Below, piece after piece: positions 43,211 through 54,622 of a stretch of DNA of 64,000 nt (position 1 is the first letter of the stretch; the number at the start of each line of letters is the position of its first letter). The DNA is taken from NCBI GenBank assembly GCA_043797085.1, contig JAZDQA010000001.1:64001-128000 (forward strand). Reading direction: 5' to 3'. The translations under genes and the position numbers were made by a program. The notes below the pieces were generated by a model. The model worked only from the letters and a program-made list of their open reading frames with translations, was not told the origin of the DNA and did not search any database. Source of the stretch: Pseudomonadota bacterium (GTDB lineage: Bacteria; Campylobacterota; Campylobacteria; Campylobacterales; Sulfurimonadaceae).

Positions 43211-43975
43211 CTATTTCATCTCTTTAGCGCGCGCATGAGCTGCTTGTATCGCCTGCATGCATCCCTCTCGAACCCCTGATTTTTCTAAGGCACCATAACC
43301 TGCGGCTGTTGTTCCTCCCGGACTCATCACGTTATCTTTGAGCAGTGCCGGATGAATGGTTTGGATAAGTTCGCCAAAGCCTTTGAAAAGACCGCGCATG
43401 AGTGTGAGGGCATCTTCACGTTTTAATCCTTCCCGTACTGCTCCATCACAAAGCGCTTCAGCGATCAGGGCAAGATATGCAGGACCGCTTCCGCTGAGAG
43501 CAGTTGCAATATCAAGCTCCTTTTCGCTGGAAAGCCATACGGCACTACCGATTGTCTCAAAGATGGTCATTGCAAAAGGTTTTACTTCACTATCGCCAAC
43601 CAATGCAGTCATCGATAAAGCTTTTTCAGCAGCGAGATTTGGCATAGCGCGAACGTAGCGATGTGCGTCAATCGCGTGGAGAGATTCGAGTGATGTCCCT
43701 GCAAGAACCGAATAGAGTGCTTTTGCTTTACCTTTTAAAGAGGGAGCAATTTCTAAGAGATTGGAAGGTTTAACGCAAAGAATGATATTTTTATCATGAA
43801 TAGTTGCAGTAGCGTAAAGAGTTTTTTCAATTTTTACCCCTAGTTGGGCTTCAAATTCGTCTAATTTTTTTTCATCTCGACCGATTACTTCGAGTTCATA
43901 GTTCTTTTTTAATCCTTGCGCGAGGGCGAGCGCCATTTTTCCATTTCCGATGAGGGTTATGGATACTTTAGTCAT
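43211..43975 (-). CDS. proC: Pyrroline-5-carboxylate reductase
   Basis: IGNGKMA, RAMPN, SGSGPAY, SPGGTT; start MTKV at 43975. Confidence 0.96.
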   Translation of the reverse strand: MTKVSITLIGNGKMALALAQGLKKNYELEVIGRDEKKLDEFEAQLGVKIEKTLYATATIHDKNIILCVKPSNLLEIAPSLKGKAKALYSVLAGTSLESLHAIDAHRYVRAMPNLAAEKALSMTALVGDSEVKPFAMTIFETIGSAVWLSSEKELDIATALSGSGPAYLALIAEALCDGAVREGLKREDALTLMRGLFKGFGELIQTIHPALLKDNVMSPGGTTAAGYGALEKSGVREGCMQAIQAAHARAKEMK

Positions 43976-44357
43976 CGGTTCGATCTTTGAGATAATTTCT
44001 GATAGGTTCAGCGATACTGAACTCAGAGCTGTTATCAATAATGATTTGTGCCATTTGTCCGTTATCGGCGTTGAAAATCAAGGGTGCTGCAAAGTTGATA
44101 TTTGAGTTTTCGATGGGTGTTGTAAGAATGACAATTGCATAAATAAGGAGATTACTGTTTTCGTCTATTCCCATAAGTGCTTGCAAAGAGGTTGGAATAT
44201 CAAAGACGTATTCACGTAAAACAAAGGGATTGATAAGGGTGAATGATGGACCTTCTCCGGCACTCTCAAGGCGCATAAAAATATCATCGATTTTCTTGAG
44301 TTCCATTTGTTTGATAGACTCAAATCCAAGGAGTGGGAGCTTTAATTCAAATTGCAT
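43968..44357 (-). CDS. fliW: Flagellar assembly factor FliW
   Basis: PLLGFE, FTLINPF, NFAAPLIFN. Confidence 0.92.
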   Translation of the reverse strand: MQFELKLPLLGFESIKQMELKKIDDIFMRLESAGEGPSFTLINPFVLREYVFDIPTSLQALMGIDENSNLLIYAIVILTTPIENSNINFAAPLIFNADNGQMAQIIIDNSSEFSIAEPIRNYLKDRTDD

Positions 44358-44469
44358 CATTACCTCTTATTAGAAATTAGTTTGATTTTAACACAAAAAA
44401 GATTCAACAATGTAGTATTAATCTCTTTTTGGTAAAATTGTCACTACTTTAATAAAAAATGGATAAGCG

Positions 44470-45195
44470 ATGAAGATGATTCGAGGTGTGATAGCGGCAG
44501 TTGCAGTGATTTTTTTTATGAGTGGATGCGCTAGCAAAGAGTTGGATGAATACAATAAGCCCGCTGACTACTGGTATGAAAAAATGATTTCGGCGGTATC
44601 AAGCGGTAATCTTGAAAAAGCAGACAGCTATTTTAGCTCGCTGCAAAGTGAACATATCGGTTCACCGCTCCTTATTGAAGCAACCTTGATTATGGCTCAA
44701 GCGCACATGGCATACGAAGAATATTTGCTAAGCGAACACTTTTTGGATGAATACAATCGTCGTTATGCTTCACGCGAGGGGCGGGAATATTCGGAATTTT
44801 TAAAGATAAAATCGAAATTCTTGGCACTGCCTAATCCGGGGCGGGATCAAGGTCTTATCGATGAGACTTTGAAAGGGGTAAATGTGTTTCGCGCAAGTTA
44901 CCCTCATTCGACCTATATGCCGCTCGTTAATACGATGGAAACACAATTGCAGCTTGCACGCGGAGTCTTAAATGATCAAATTGCTCAGCTTTATAACCGA
45001 TTGGGGAAACCTAAAGGAGCAGAGTATTATCATAATATTGCCCCGGTAACATGGATTGATTCTTCTGCAATTATTCCTGCGGATATTCCGTGGTATCGAA
45101 AGATGTTTGAGGGTGATGGGTCAAGCAGTTGGTATGCGTTTATGATCCCACAAACTCGAAGTGTTGTCTCTATGGATGATAACCAAAGTAAATAA
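44470..45195 (+). CDS. bamD: Outer membrane assembly lipoprotein BamD
   Basis: Lipobox MSGC, TPR-like helices, RDQ motif; precedes lon. Confidence 0.85.
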   Translation: MKMIRGVIAAVAVIFFMSGCASKELDEYNKPADYWYEKMISAVSSGNLEKADSYFSSLQSEHIGSPLLIEATLIMAQAHMAYEEYLLSEHFLDEYNRRYASREGREYSEFLKIKSKFLALPNPGRDQGLIDETLKGVNVFRASYPHSTYMPLVNTMETQLQLARGVLNDQIAQLYNRLGKPKGAEYYHNIAPVTWIDSSAIIPADIPWYRKMFEGDGSSSWYAFMIPQTRSVVSMDDNQSK

Positions 45196-45219
45196 ACTAC
45201 AATTTAATTAGGATTTTTG

Positions 45220-47643
45220 ATGCAATTAAGTAACTATGCCGCTTTTCCAACTACTTTGCCGGTAATTGCCGAAGACGAGCTTTTTTTATACCCTTTTATG
45301 ATTTCACCTCTGTTTTTGAGTGATGAAAAAAACATTGCAGCTGCAGCAGAAGCGATCGAAAACAATTCATTGATCATCGTGTGTCCCGTAAAGCCTGAAC
45401 ATGAAGGTTCACGTGATGCAGATGCAGTTTATAATGCCGGAGTCATCGGCTCAATTATGCGTAAAGTCGTTCTACCTGATGGACGAATCAAGGTGCTCTT
45501 TCAAGGGCTTGCTCGTGGACATATTACGGAGATGATTCATGATAATCCATTGCGTGCAAACGTTGATCTTATCCAATCATTAAGTGTTAACGCGTTGAAA
45601 ATGGACGCTATTTTAGAGATTCTACGTGAAAAAGTACGTGCTTTATCGCAAGTGAGTAACTATTTTCCTCCCGATTTACTCCGTACTATAGAGGAGAATC
45701 ACGAGTATAACCGTATTGTCGATTTGATCTCTAGCTCTATCAAAATGAAAAAAGAGAATGCGTACAAACTTTTCGTCGAACGTGATCCTGAAAAACGGTT
45801 TTTGATGCTGATCGATGAGTTGATCGAAGAGACAGAATCCAATAAGCTCCAAAAAGAGATTCGTTCCAAAGTTCATACCCGTATTGAAAAAGTAAACAAA
45901 GAGTATTTTCTCAAAGAGCAGCTCAAACAGATACAAAAAGAGTTGGGCACGGATACACATCGCGAAGAAGAGATCGAAGAGTTCCGAAAAAAGCTTGAAG
46001 CCAAAAAAGACAAAATGCACGCCGATGCGTACAAAGAGACATCTAAACAGCTCGAGCGATTTGCCCGTATGCATCCGGACAGTGGCGATGCCGGGATGTT
46101 GCAGACGTATTTAGAATACGTTCTTGAAATCCCTTTTGGAGAAGAGTCCAAAAAAGCGCTTAATGTTCATGATGTTGAAGCACAGCTCAATAAAGACCAT
46201 TTTTCACTTAGAAAGCCTAAGCAGCGAATTTCAGAGTATTTTTCAGTTCGTGAACTGCTGGAGTTGCGTGGTCAAGCGGATAAAGAGGGGCGTGGGGCTA
46301 TTTTATGTTTTGCGGGTCCTCCAGGTGTGGGTAAAACCTCACTTGCGAACTCGATTGCGACGGCGCTTAAGCGTCCTCTTGTACGAATTGCATTGGGTGG
46401 GCTAGAAGACGTTAATGAGCTTCGAGGACACAGACGCACCTATGTGGGAGCCATGCCTGGGCGTATCGTTCAAGGGGTGATTGAAGCTAAAAAAATGAAC
46501 CCGATTATCGTACTCGATGAAATTGATAAGATTGCAAAATCGCACAGGGGAGATCCAACCGCAGTATTGCTGGAGATTTTAGATCCTGAGCAAAATACAC
46601 ATTTTAGAGACTATTATCTTAACTTTAATCTCGATTTGAGCAAGGCTATTTTCATCGCTACGGCGAATGATGTAGGACAAATTCCTGGACCGTTGCGTGA
46701 TCGCATGGAGTTTATTCCCGTCAGCTCATACACACCGCAGGAAAAATACGAGATTGCAAAACAGTATCTCATCCCGCAAGAGCTGAAAAAACACGGACTT
46801 AAAACCTCGGAACTTTCGATTTCTAAAACAGCTTTGTTTGACGTTATCGAAAAACATACACGAGAAGCGGGCGTACGTAATTTGCGTCGTCGCATAGCGG
46901 ACATCGTTCGTAAGACAGCGAAAAGGATTCTCGAAGATCCAAGTACTTTAAAGGTGAGTGTAACGCTTAAAAACCTCAAAGACTTTTTGGAAAAAACAGT
47001 TTTTGAGATTGAAAAAACCGATCATATTAACCATATTGGTGTGGTGAACGGTTTAGCGTGGACAGCGGTCGGGGGAGACGTACTTAAGATTGAAGCAATT
47101 CGCATCAATGGAAAAGGGACGTTACAGCTTACCGGAAGTCTGGGTGACGTGATGAAAGAATCCGCACGTATTGCACTCTCAGTCGTGAAAACACTTATCG
47201 ACACGGGCAAAATTACTGTTGATCACTCTATCATCCCTCTCAGCGTTGCAGAGCGTGAGAGCGCGATCGCTGTAGATGCCAGTGAAGTCTATAAACGTTT
47301 TGATCTGCACATTCACGTTCCCGATGGTGCAACGCCTAAAGACGGTCCGAGTGCCGGAATTGCTATGTGTACGGTTATCGCTTCGATTTTAACGGAGAAA
47401 AAAGTACGTGCTGACATCGCAATGACAGGTGAGGTATCGTTGACTGGAAATGTTCTTCCTATCGGCGGACTCAAAGAAAAGCTGATTGCGGCACATCGTG
47501 CAGGGATGAAATTAGCGCTTATTCCGCAAAAAAATTATGAGCGCGATCTCGACGATATTCCGGATGAAGTTAAAAATGTTCTTGAGATCCGTGGAGTCAG
47601 TCGCATAGAAGAGGTTTTAGCTGCTCTTTTAATCGACGTATAG
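45220..47643 (+). CDS. lon: ATP-dependent protease La
   Basis: GPPGVGKTS, RRTYVGAMPG, PKDGPSAG, GGLKEK. Confidence 0.98.
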   Translation: MQLSNYAAFPTTLPVIAEDELFLYPFMISPLFLSDEKNIAAAAEAIENNSLIIVCPVKPEHEGSRDADAVYNAGVIGSIMRKVVLPDGRIKVLFQGLARGHITEMIHDNPLRANVDLIQSLSVNALKMDAILEILREKVRALSQVSNYFPPDLLRTIEENHEYNRIVDLISSSIKMKKENAYKLFVERDPEKRFLMLIDELIEETESNKLQKEIRSKVHTRIEKVNKEYFLKEQLKQIQKELGTDTHREEEIEEFRKKLEAKKDKMHADAYKETSKQLERFARMHPDSGDAGMLQTYLEYVLEIPFGEESKKALNVHDVEAQLNKDHFSLRKPKQRISEYFSVRELLELRGQADKEGRGAILCFAGPPGVGKTSLANSIATALKRPLVRIALGGLEDVNELRGHRRTYVGAMPGRIVQGVIEAKKMNPIIVLDEIDKIAKSHRGDPTAVLLEILDPEQNTHFRDYYLNFNLDLSKAIFIATANDVGQIPGPLRDRMEFIPVSSYTPQEKYEIAKQYLIPQELKKHGLKTSELSISKTALFDVIEKHTREAGVRNLRRRIADIVRKTAKRILEDPSTLKVSVTLKNLKDFLEKTVFEIEKTDHINHIGVVNGLAWTAVGGDVLKIEAIRINGKGTLQLTGSLGDVMKESARIALSVVKTLIDTGKITVDHSIIPLSVAERESAIAVDASEVYKRFDLHIHVPDGATPKDGPSAGIAMCTVIASILTEKKVRADIAMTGEVSLTGNVLPIGGLKEKLIAAHRAGMKLALIPQKNYERDLDDIPDEVKNVLEIRGVSRIEEVLAALLIDV

Positions 47644-48613
47644 TCGTATAGGCTTTAGGAGAGCCATAGAAAAACCCACGTAATTTTGGGTTGATCTTGA
47701 GTTTTCTGCACTCTTCACGAAACCCCTTATCCATAATCACATTGGTATAATAGGGGGCGATGAACGTGTATCCTTCTTCGATTGACACTACAATAGTTCT
47801 TGAAATAACACAATTTTTTTCTTTTTTTAAATCCTCTTTTTCACTGCCGCTCATAAGTGTCCCCAGCGATTTTAAATGTTGATCGATTCCATATAGGAGA
47901 GAGCGCAGATTGATCGGATTTTTACTCCAATACAATCCATCACACTCTTCAAAATTGATGGTTTCGATGAGACTCTCGTTGTCTTCTTCGAGATAACGAA
48001 AACTTCGTCGCAGGGCATCAGTATGCTCACGCATCATAGGAGTGCTGAATTGATGTCGAAAACGGTTGCGAGTGTATTTCTCATCGTAATTGCTTTCATC
48101 GATAAAATGGGAGAGATTACGTTCATTTAAATACGCTTCGATCTCTTGACGATCGTGTTGGAGTAGAGGGCGTATAAGGGTAATATTTCCTCGTTTATCC
48201 ATCGATTTTACACCGAGTAATTCAGGTAATCCGCAGCCGCGACACAGCTGCATCATCAGCCATTCCAAACGGTCATTGAGTTGATGGGCGGTGAGGAGAT
48301 AGGTGTAGTGGTGTTTTTTTATCAGATAGTCAAAAAATTGGTATCGTTCAATACGTGCATGGTGCTCAAAATTACTGCCGTTGAGATGACAAGAGTGGAC
48401 ATAGCAGTGTAAGCCGTGCGATTGCGCGAGTTGTTCGGCACTGGCGGCTTCATGGTTGCTGGTAGGTCTGGCATGGTAGTTGACATGGGCAATATCAAAA
48501 TCAATCTTATGCTCAAGGAGAAGATGGAAGAGGGCGGTAGAATCGACTCCACCGGAAAAGGCTAAGAGAACTTTCCCCTCACGAAGCTGTTGGAGGTGTA
48601 AAAGCTTACGCAT
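47597..48613 (-). CDS. tilS: tRNA(Ile)-lysidine synthase
   Basis: SGGVDS, TAHQLND, IRPLL, DESN...RNRFR. Confidence 0.93.
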   Translation of the reverse strand: MRKLLHLQQLREGKVLLAFSGGVDSTALFHLLLEHKIDFDIAHVNYHARPTSNHEAASAEQLAQSHGLHCYVHSCHLNGSNFEHHARIERYQFFDYLIKKHHYTYLLTAHQLNDRLEWLMMQLCRGCGLPELLGVKSMDKRGNITLIRPLLQHDRQEIEAYLNERNLSHFIDESNYDEKYTRNRFRHQFSTPMMREHTDALRRSFRYLEEDNESLIETINFEECDGLYWSKNPINLRSLLYGIDQHLKSLGTLMSGSEKEDLKKEKNCVISRTIVVSIEEGYTFIAPYYTNVIMDKGFREECRKLKINPKLRGFFYGSPKAYTTIRRLKEQLKPLLCD

Positions 48614-49922
48614 CGCCTGTGATGGTCGCTAGGAGATGAGTTCCTGAGAGTTCAGTAATGCGGGCACGGTACATTTTTCCGTATGTCAGCTCACTTTCGA
48701 TCTCACGGTCATTGACATAGATTTCACCATCTACATCGGGTGTCCAGTTAAGAGCACGCGCACTGAGGAGAAATTCATGTTCGTCACTCTCTCCGTCGAT
48801 AACGAGAGAAATTTCAGTGCCAACCAGTTTTTGGAGGCTTTCGATTTCGATTTTAGAGGCGATTTTCCCCAGTTTTTTGGCGCGCGCGTTGATGACTTTT
48901 GTAGGGATTTTATCTTCTAGGGTATAGGCACTCGTCCCCTCTTCATCCGAATAGCTAAAGACATTGAGACGGTCAAAGCCAAAAGAAGCGGCAAACTCTG
49001 CCATCTCTTCAAACATTGCTTCAGTTTCGAGAGGATGCCCGACGATGAAGCTGGTACGGATGAACGCGTTTGGCAATGCTTTCATGGCATTGAGAAGTTC
49101 GAGGGTTTTTTCTTTTCCAAAACCGCGCTTCATGATGCGTAGCATATCGTCGTTAATGTGTTGAATAGGCATATCAAAATAGTTGTGAAATAGTTTGGAA
49201 TCGCCGATGGTTTTGATAAGTTTTAGGGTTGTAGTCGAGGGATAAAGGTATAAAATCCGTGCACTTTTGACCCCGTCGATGAGTTCGATCCGTTTGATAA
49301 GATGGATAAGTCCGTCAGGTATATTTTGGTCACGCAAATAGGAGCTTGAATCTTGGGAAACGAAACTAAAATCATAGTATCCCTTCGCGACCAGTCCTTC
49401 GACTTCACGTGCGACACTCTCTAAATCACGCGAGTTGAGTTTTCCTTTGAACGAGGGAATGGCGCAAAAACTGCACTGCTGGTTGCAACCCTCAGAGAGT
49501 TTGATGTAGGCATGATAGGTCGAACCCGTCACGACACGCTCTGCACCGTCGATGAGGTACACTTCTGGAGTAAAACGGCTTTGTTTGAGGGCTAAAAGCT
49601 CATCGATTTTGTCGTAATCACCAACTCCGGTGAAAATATCTACTTCTGTGAGCTCTTTCGCGAGATCCTCTTTATAGCGTTCGCTCAAACATCCTGCCAT
49701 GACTAAAACGGACTCTTTTTTACGTCCTGCGTTGAGGTTGAAAACGGTGTTCAGTGATTCTTGTTTTGCTGCATCGATAAATCCGCAGGTATTGACGATA
49801 ATAACATCTGCATCCGTACCATCATCGGTCATGGTATAGTTTTGAAGCCGTCCTAGCATCACCTCGGTGTCAACGAGATTTTTGGTACAACCCAATGATA
49901 CGATATGAAGTTTTTTGGACAT
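48606..49922 (-). CDS. rimO: Ribosomal protein S12 methylthiotransferase
   Basis: LGCTKNLVD, NTCGFI, CNQQCSFC. Confidence 0.96.
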   Translation of the reverse strand: MSKKLHIVSLGCTKNLVDTEVMLGRLQNYTMTDDGTDADVIIVNTCGFIDAAKQESLNTVFNLNAGRKKESVLVMAGCLSERYKEDLAKELTEVDIFTGVGDYDKIDELLALKQSRFTPEVYLIDGAERVVTGSTYHAYIKLSEGCNQQCSFCAIPSFKGKLNSRDLESVAREVEGLVAKGYYDFSFVSQDSSSYLRDQNIPDGLIHLIKRIELIDGVKSARILYLYPSTTTLKLIKTIGDSKLFHNYFDMPIQHINDDMLRIMKRGFGKEKTLELLNAMKALPNAFIRTSFIVGHPLETEAMFEEMAEFAASFGFDRLNVFSYSDEEGTSAYTLEDKIPTKVINARAKKLGKIASKIEIESLQKLVGTEISLVIDGESDEHEFLLSARALNWTPDVDGEIYVNDREIESELTYGKMYRARITELSGTHLLATITGDA

Positions 49923-49946
49923 AAATAAACCTTAATTTTTATTTTC

Positions 49947-50021
49947 TGCCCTTTTAAGGGCAAGCTTTAGTGCCATAGCGGCAAGCGTAGCTAAATGGGC
50001 TTTGCTCATTTAGCGTTTAAA
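49947..50021 (+). repeat. Multi-hairpin element with GTAG-tagged palindrome (family shared with 32731-32815)
   Basis: TGCCC-ttttaa-GGGCA...AGCG-gca-AGCGTAGC-TAAATGGGC-ttt-GCTCATTTA-GCGT-TTAAA. Confidence 0.65.
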
Positions 50022-50104
50022 TCAAGGGAACTATGTGCAGTTTTTTAGACATTTACCAACCCTTGGATATTATTAGTGCAATTATAGCCAACTGGAGATT
50101 TGCC

Positions 50105-51034
50105 ATGCTTATACGCCAAAATTACCCCAACTTGATCCCCTCAAATCAAATCACTCCTGAGGGTGTGTACAAAGAGCGTCGAGAACTAATGAAACTGGCG
50201 GCTTCTGCGGTAGCATTAGCAGGGACGCCTTTGTTTTCGGCATTGAGCTATGAGAGGGAGAAAGAGTCTCGAAGTCTAGAGCTTACCTCTTATGATCAGA
50301 TTACGACGTACAATAACTTTTACGAGTTTTCAACCGATAAAGAGGCTCCATCAAAGCTTGCCAAACATTTTAAACCGCGAGCATGGACATTACGCATTGA
50401 GGGAGAAGTGCAAAAAAAAGTGACTTTTGATATTGACCAGTTATTAAAAATGATTCCATCTGAGGAGCGTATTTATCGTTTTCGGTGTGTTGAGGGGTGG
50501 TCAATGGTGGTTCCGTGGGTTGGGATTCCTCTTGCATCAGTACTAAAATATGTCGGATTAACGTCAAAATCTAAATACGTTGAATTTGAAACGTTGTTTG
50601 ATCCGAAACAATTTCCGGCACAGGGGCAAAGTTTCGGTAGTATTGCATTTCCATATCGAGAAGGACTGCGTATCGATGAAGCGATGAATCCTTTGACTCT
50701 GTTAGCGGTTGGGCTATACGGAAAAGAGCTTTTGCCACAAAATGGTGCTCCAATCCGTTTAGTTGTGCCTTGGAAATACGGATTTAAAAGCATTAAAAGC
50801 ATTGTCAGTATCACTCTAAAAGAGAAGCAAACACGATCAACATGGAATGAAATGGCACCCAAAGAATATGGATTTTTTGCCAATGTGAATCCGACTGTCG
50901 ATCACCCGCGTTGGTCGCAGGCGCGTGAACGTCCGTTAGGTCATTTTTTCAAGCAAGATACGCTGATGTTCAACGGCTATGGCAAAGAAGTTGCTTCACT
51001 GTATAAAGGTGTGGATTTAAAAAAGTTTTACTAA
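50105..51034 (+). CDS. msrP: Methionine-sulfoxide reductase catalytic (Mo) subunit
   Basis: Tat motif ERRELMK, YNNFYEF, RCVEGWS, PWKYGFKS; start 50105 after GGAG. Confidence 0.96.
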   Translation: MLIRQNYPNLIPSNQITPEGVYKERRELMKLAASAVALAGTPLFSALSYEREKESRSLELTSYDQITTYNNFYEFSTDKEAPSKLAKHFKPRAWTLRIEGEVQKKVTFDIDQLLKMIPSEERIYRFRCVEGWSMVVPWVGIPLASVLKYVGLTSKSKYVEFETLFDPKQFPAQGQSFGSIAFPYREGLRIDEAMNPLTLLAVGLYGKELLPQNGAPIRLVVPWKYGFKSIKSIVSITLKEKQTRSTWNEMAPKEYGFFANVNPTVDHPRWSQARERPLGHFFKQDTLMFNGYGKEVASLYKGVDLKKFY

Positions 51035-51044
51035 AAGAGGGTTA

Positions 51045-51647
51045 ATGAGAATTTTGATTTGGATCGGTGCACTGTTGCCGCTTGTTTATGCGGCATTGCG
51101 TTTTAGTGTTGAATTTCATCCGCAACTAATACGTGATTTTTTGGTATTTATGGAGCAGTATGGTCAGATAATATTGACCAAAACTCCTTCAGATCCATTG
51201 AAATTTTTGAGTGACTTGGCTGGGAACAGTGCTTTGTGGATGTTAGCTATTACGTTAATGGTGACACCATTGCGAAGCTATATCGGGATTAATTTTCTAA
51301 AATACCGTCGCCTTTTAGGATTATTTGCCTTCTTTTATGCATTGATTCACGCTCTTTTGTTTATTGGCGTCGATCAGCAGTTTGATTTTATAGGCGTTAC
51401 CCATGAAGTGTTGACTAAACCTTTTATTGCTTTTGGAATGGGTGCATTTTTGATTTTATTGCTGATGGCATTGACGTCGACAAAGAAACTCTTTGCTAAG
51501 TTCCGGTCATGGCACAAGCTGGTTTATATAGCGGTTGTTTTGATTGCAATCCACTATTTGATGAGTCATAAAACGATTACGATTACCCATGTGGCAGTCG
51601 TAGGAACACTTTTTTCACTGCTGGCATTACGGTTGTTAAAGCGATGA
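51045..51647 (+). CDS. msrQ: Methionine-sulfoxide reductase heme subunit
   Basis: RRLLGL..F.YA..H, LALTS, HKLVY. Confidence 0.92.
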   Translation: MRILIWIGALLPLVYAALRFSVEFHPQLIRDFLVFMEQYGQIILTKTPSDPLKFLSDLAGNSALWMLAITLMVTPLRSYIGINFLKYRRLLGLFAFFYALIHALLFIGVDQQFDFIGVTHEVLTKPFIAFGMGAFLILLLMALTSTKKLFAKFRSWHKLVYIAVVLIAIHYLMSHKTITITHVAVVGTLFSLLALRLLKR

Positions 51648-52789
51648 AGCATTTCGATGTAATTATTTTAGGAGCAGGTGCTAGCGGATTGATGTGTGCG
51701 GCACAGCTTATAGAAAAAACTTCGCTGAAAATTGCTATACTTGATGGAAATGCCAAGCCCGCATTAAAATTAAAAGCTTCTGGAGGAGGTAAATGCAATC
51801 TCACCAATGTGGAAGTGGATGCGAGCCATTTTTTAGGAAATGAATCTTTGGTGTCAAATGCGCTCAGGGCATTTTCCAAAGAAGCGTTATTGGAGTATTT
51901 TCATAATGGCGGGCTTCGTCCTGTGATTCGTAAAGAGCGCTATTATTTTTGTCCGAAAAGTTCCGATGAGGTGATCTCTATATTATTGGGACGTGCTCGC
52001 GGATGTGAAATGCTTTTGGGGCATAAAATTTTGAGCGTTGCGGGGAATGCTCCTTTTGTAGTGACGACCGATAAGGGGAAATTCAGTGCCTCCAATATCG
52101 TCGTTGCAACGGGAGGTGCGAGTTACAAAGAGTTGGGTGCAAGCGATATCGGTCTTAAAATCGCACAAGAGTACGGGCATAAAATTATTCCTTTTGCTCC
52201 AGCACTGATAGGATTGACACTGCAACCCAAAGAGTTTTGGATGAAAGAGCTCAGTGGAATTAGTTTCCCTGCTAGTATTCGTGTGGGTGAAAAGTTACTG
52301 GATGAAGATTTGCTTTTTGCGCACAAGGGGATTAGCGGTCCCGTAGTTCTTTCAGCATCACTGTATTGGCATCGGGGGGAGATAGCGCTTGATTTTTGCC
52401 CCGATTTAGAGTTGGACAAACTTTTTAAAGAGAAAAAATTACTCAGTACCGCACTTCCATTACCCAAGCGATTTATCAAAGCATTTTTAGAAGCAATTTA
52501 TCTGGACGATAAACCGTGCAATCGTCTAAGCCCTGATGAGCGTGAGAAGTTATCAAAACTGCAAAACTACACCATGGCACCCTCGGGGACATTTGGAATG
52601 AGTAAAGCGGAAGTATGTCGTGGCGGTGTAGCACATGACGAGATAGACGTTGAAACCATGCAAAGTATGAGAGTAGAAGGTCTCTATTTTATCGGTGAAA
52701 CGGTAGATGTCACGGGAGAGCTTGGCGGATATAACTTTCAATGGGCGTTTAGCAGTGCGGTTGTTGCTTCCAAGGCAATCAGCTCATAA
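51644..52789 (+). CDS. HI0933/BaiN-family flavoprotein
   Basis: [34 protein letters not shown]. Confidence 0.92.
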   Translation: MKHFDVIILGAGASGLMCAAQLIEKTSLKIAILDGNAKPALKLKASGGGKCNLTNVEVDASHFLGNESLVSNALRAFSKEALLEYFHNGGLRPVIRKERYYFCPKSSDEVISILLGRARGCEMLLGHKILSVAGNAPFVVTTDKGKFSASNIVVATGGASYKELGASDIGLKIAQEYGHKIIPFAPALIGLTLQPKEFWMKELSGISFPASIRVGEKLLDEDLLFAHKGISGPVVLSASLYWHRGEIALDFCPDLELDKLFKEKKLLSTALPLPKRFIKAFLEAIYLDDKPCNRLSPDEREKLSKLQNYTMAPSGTFGMSKAEVCRGGVAHDEIDVETMQSMRVEGLYFIGETVDVTGELGGYNFQWAFSSAVVASKAISS

Positions 52790-52841
52790 TGCTTTAAACG
52801 AAAAACAGTACAATATGCTACTTAACTCAATAGGAGCAGGG

Positions 52842-53636
52842 ATGATACTTTTAGCCGGACCGTGTGTCATTGAGAGCGAAGAGTCGATATTTAAAATCGC
52901 CAAAAGCTTAGAGCGTTATCACAACGATCCGCGATTTGATTTTTATTTTAAATCGAGTTTTGATAAAGCCAATCGTACTTCATTGGACAGTTACCGAGGT
53001 CCTGGATTGGAAGAGGGCTTGCGAATTTTGCAAAAAGTCAAAGACGATTTCGGCTACAAGATTGTAACGGACGTTCATGAGAGCTATCAGGTTCCCATTG
53101 CAGCAGAAGTGATCGACATGATCCAAATTCCTGCTTTTTTGTGCCGTCAAACCGATTTATTGGTTGCCGCTGCAAAGACCGATAAAATTGTTAATATCAA
53201 AAAAGGGCAGTTTATGACCCCAAGTGATATGCAGTTTTCGGTCGCTAAAGTCCTTAAAACACGAGGATGCGATGAGGTGACATACGAAGCATCGCAAAAA
53301 AATGGAGTCCTTTTATGTGAGCGCGGTTCGACATTCGGATACGGTAATCTCGTAGTCGATATGCGTTCTCTTGTCATTATGCGGCAGTTTGCTCCAGTTA
53401 TCTTCGATGCGACCCATTCGGTACAGATGCCGGGAACGGGAACGGGGAAAACAGGCGGGGACAGCTCCATGGTTCCCCACCTCGCACGTGCTGCGGCAGC
53501 AGTAGGCGTGGATGGATTTTTCTTCGAAACCCATTTTGATCCGATTTGCGCTTTGAGTGACGGTCCAAATATGCTAAAATTAGAACAATTAGAAGAGCTA
53601 AGTGAGAAATTATTGCAGTTGGATGCGATAAAGTAA
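52842..53636 (+). CDS. kdsA: KDO-8-phosphate synthase
   Basis: [30 protein letters not shown]; start 52842. Confidence 0.97.
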   Translation: MILLAGPCVIESEESIFKIAKSLERYHNDPRFDFYFKSSFDKANRTSLDSYRGPGLEEGLRILQKVKDDFGYKIVTDVHESYQVPIAAEVIDMIQIPAFLCRQTDLLVAAAKTDKIVNIKKGQFMTPSDMQFSVAKVLKTRGCDEVTYEASQKNGVLLCERGSTFGYGNLVVDMRSLVIMRQFAPVIFDATHSVQMPGTGTGKTGGDSSMVPHLARAAAAVGVDGFFFETHFDPICALSDGPNMLKLEQLEELSEKLLQLDAIK

Positions 53637-53642
53637 TTTGTT

Positions 53643-53708
53643 TGTCAACCCGTTCTTGATACGAGATCCATATTTTTTGTGGATTCCGTGTCGGTGCACG
53701 GAATGACA
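53643..53708. repeat. TGTC/CGTC-type palindromic REP-like element
   Basis: TGTCAACCCGTTCTTGATACGAGATCCA...TGGATTCCGTGTCGGTGCACGGAATGACA. Confidence 0.75.
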
Positions 53709-53746
53709 GTAATGGTGATAAAAAACAAAACCCACAAAGGAAAAAT

Positions 53747-54217
53747 ATGAAACTTATCGAAGGCAAATTAAGCGTTAAAAACGGCAAAAAAGTCGCAATC
53801 GTAAGTACACGATGGAATCATTTTATCGTAGACAGACTCGTTGAAGGGGCAAAAGATGCTTTTTCACGACATGGCGGAAATGATGAGGATTTGACCCATG
53901 TTTTAGCTCCTGGAGCGTATGAACTTCCGATGGTTATTGATCAGCTTTTATCGACTGGGAAATACGATGCCGTTTGTGCATTAGGTGCTGTTATTCGCGG
54001 TTCTACCCCCCATTTTGATTATGTTTCGGCTGAGGCTACCAAAGGGATTGCAACGATGAGTTTAAAACATCAAAAACCGGTTGCATTTGGACTATTGACC
54101 ACCGATACCATTGAGCAAGCGATTGAGCGTGCAGGGACAAAAGCAGGAAATAAAGGATTTGAAGCCATGACAGTAGTTATCGAAATGTTAGATTTATACG
54201 AAGCGATTGGCGCATAA
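53747..54217 (+). CDS. ribH: Lumazine synthase
   Basis: [22 protein letters not shown]. Confidence 0.98.
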   Translation: MKLIEGKLSVKNGKKVAIVSTRWNHFIVDRLVEGAKDAFSRHGGNDEDLTHVLAPGAYELPMVIDQLLSTGKYDAVCALGAVIRGSTPHFDYVSAEATKGIATMSLKHQKPVAFGLLTTDTIEQAIERAGTKAGNKGFEAMTVVIEMLDLYEAIGA

Positions 54218-54615
54218 TGGCAACACGTCATCAAGCCCGTATGGCAGTTGTCAGTCTTCTTTATGCGTATGATTTAGGCAATAAAAGTATCGCAGATTTT
54301 AGTGATGAGATTATGGAAGAGAAGAAAATCCGTAATAAACAGCGCGATTTTGCGATGGATTTATTTCGTGGTGTGACGGAGCATTTGGTTGCCGTAGACG
54401 AAGCGATCGAAAAACATCTTAAAGATTGGGATTTTGACCGCTTGGGTTCTATTGAGCGTGCAACACTTCGTTTGGGCGCGTATGAGATCATGTATGGCGA
54501 GCTCGATACTGCGGTGATTATCAACGAAGCGATTGAAGTGACCAAAGCATTTGGAAGCGAGCAATCCCCAAAATTTATCAATGGTGTCCTAGACGCGATT
54601 TCAAAAGACAAGTAG
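54217..54615 (+). CDS. nusB: Transcription antitermination factor NusB
   Basis: RHQAR, INEAIE, FINGVLD. Confidence 0.97.
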   Translation: MATRHQARMAVVSLLYAYDLGNKSIADFSDEIMEEKKIRNKQRDFAMDLFRGVTEHLVAVDEAIEKHLKDWDFDRLGSIERATLRLGAYEIMYGELDTAVIINEAIEVTKAFGSEQSPKFINGVLDAISKDK

Positions 54616-54622
54616 ACTTGTA

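Noticed and set aside
47597..47643. Convergent 3' overlaps (lon/tilS 47 nt; pflA/miaA 26 nt)
   Set aside because: Short tail-to-tail overlaps are common in compact epsilonproteobacterial genomes
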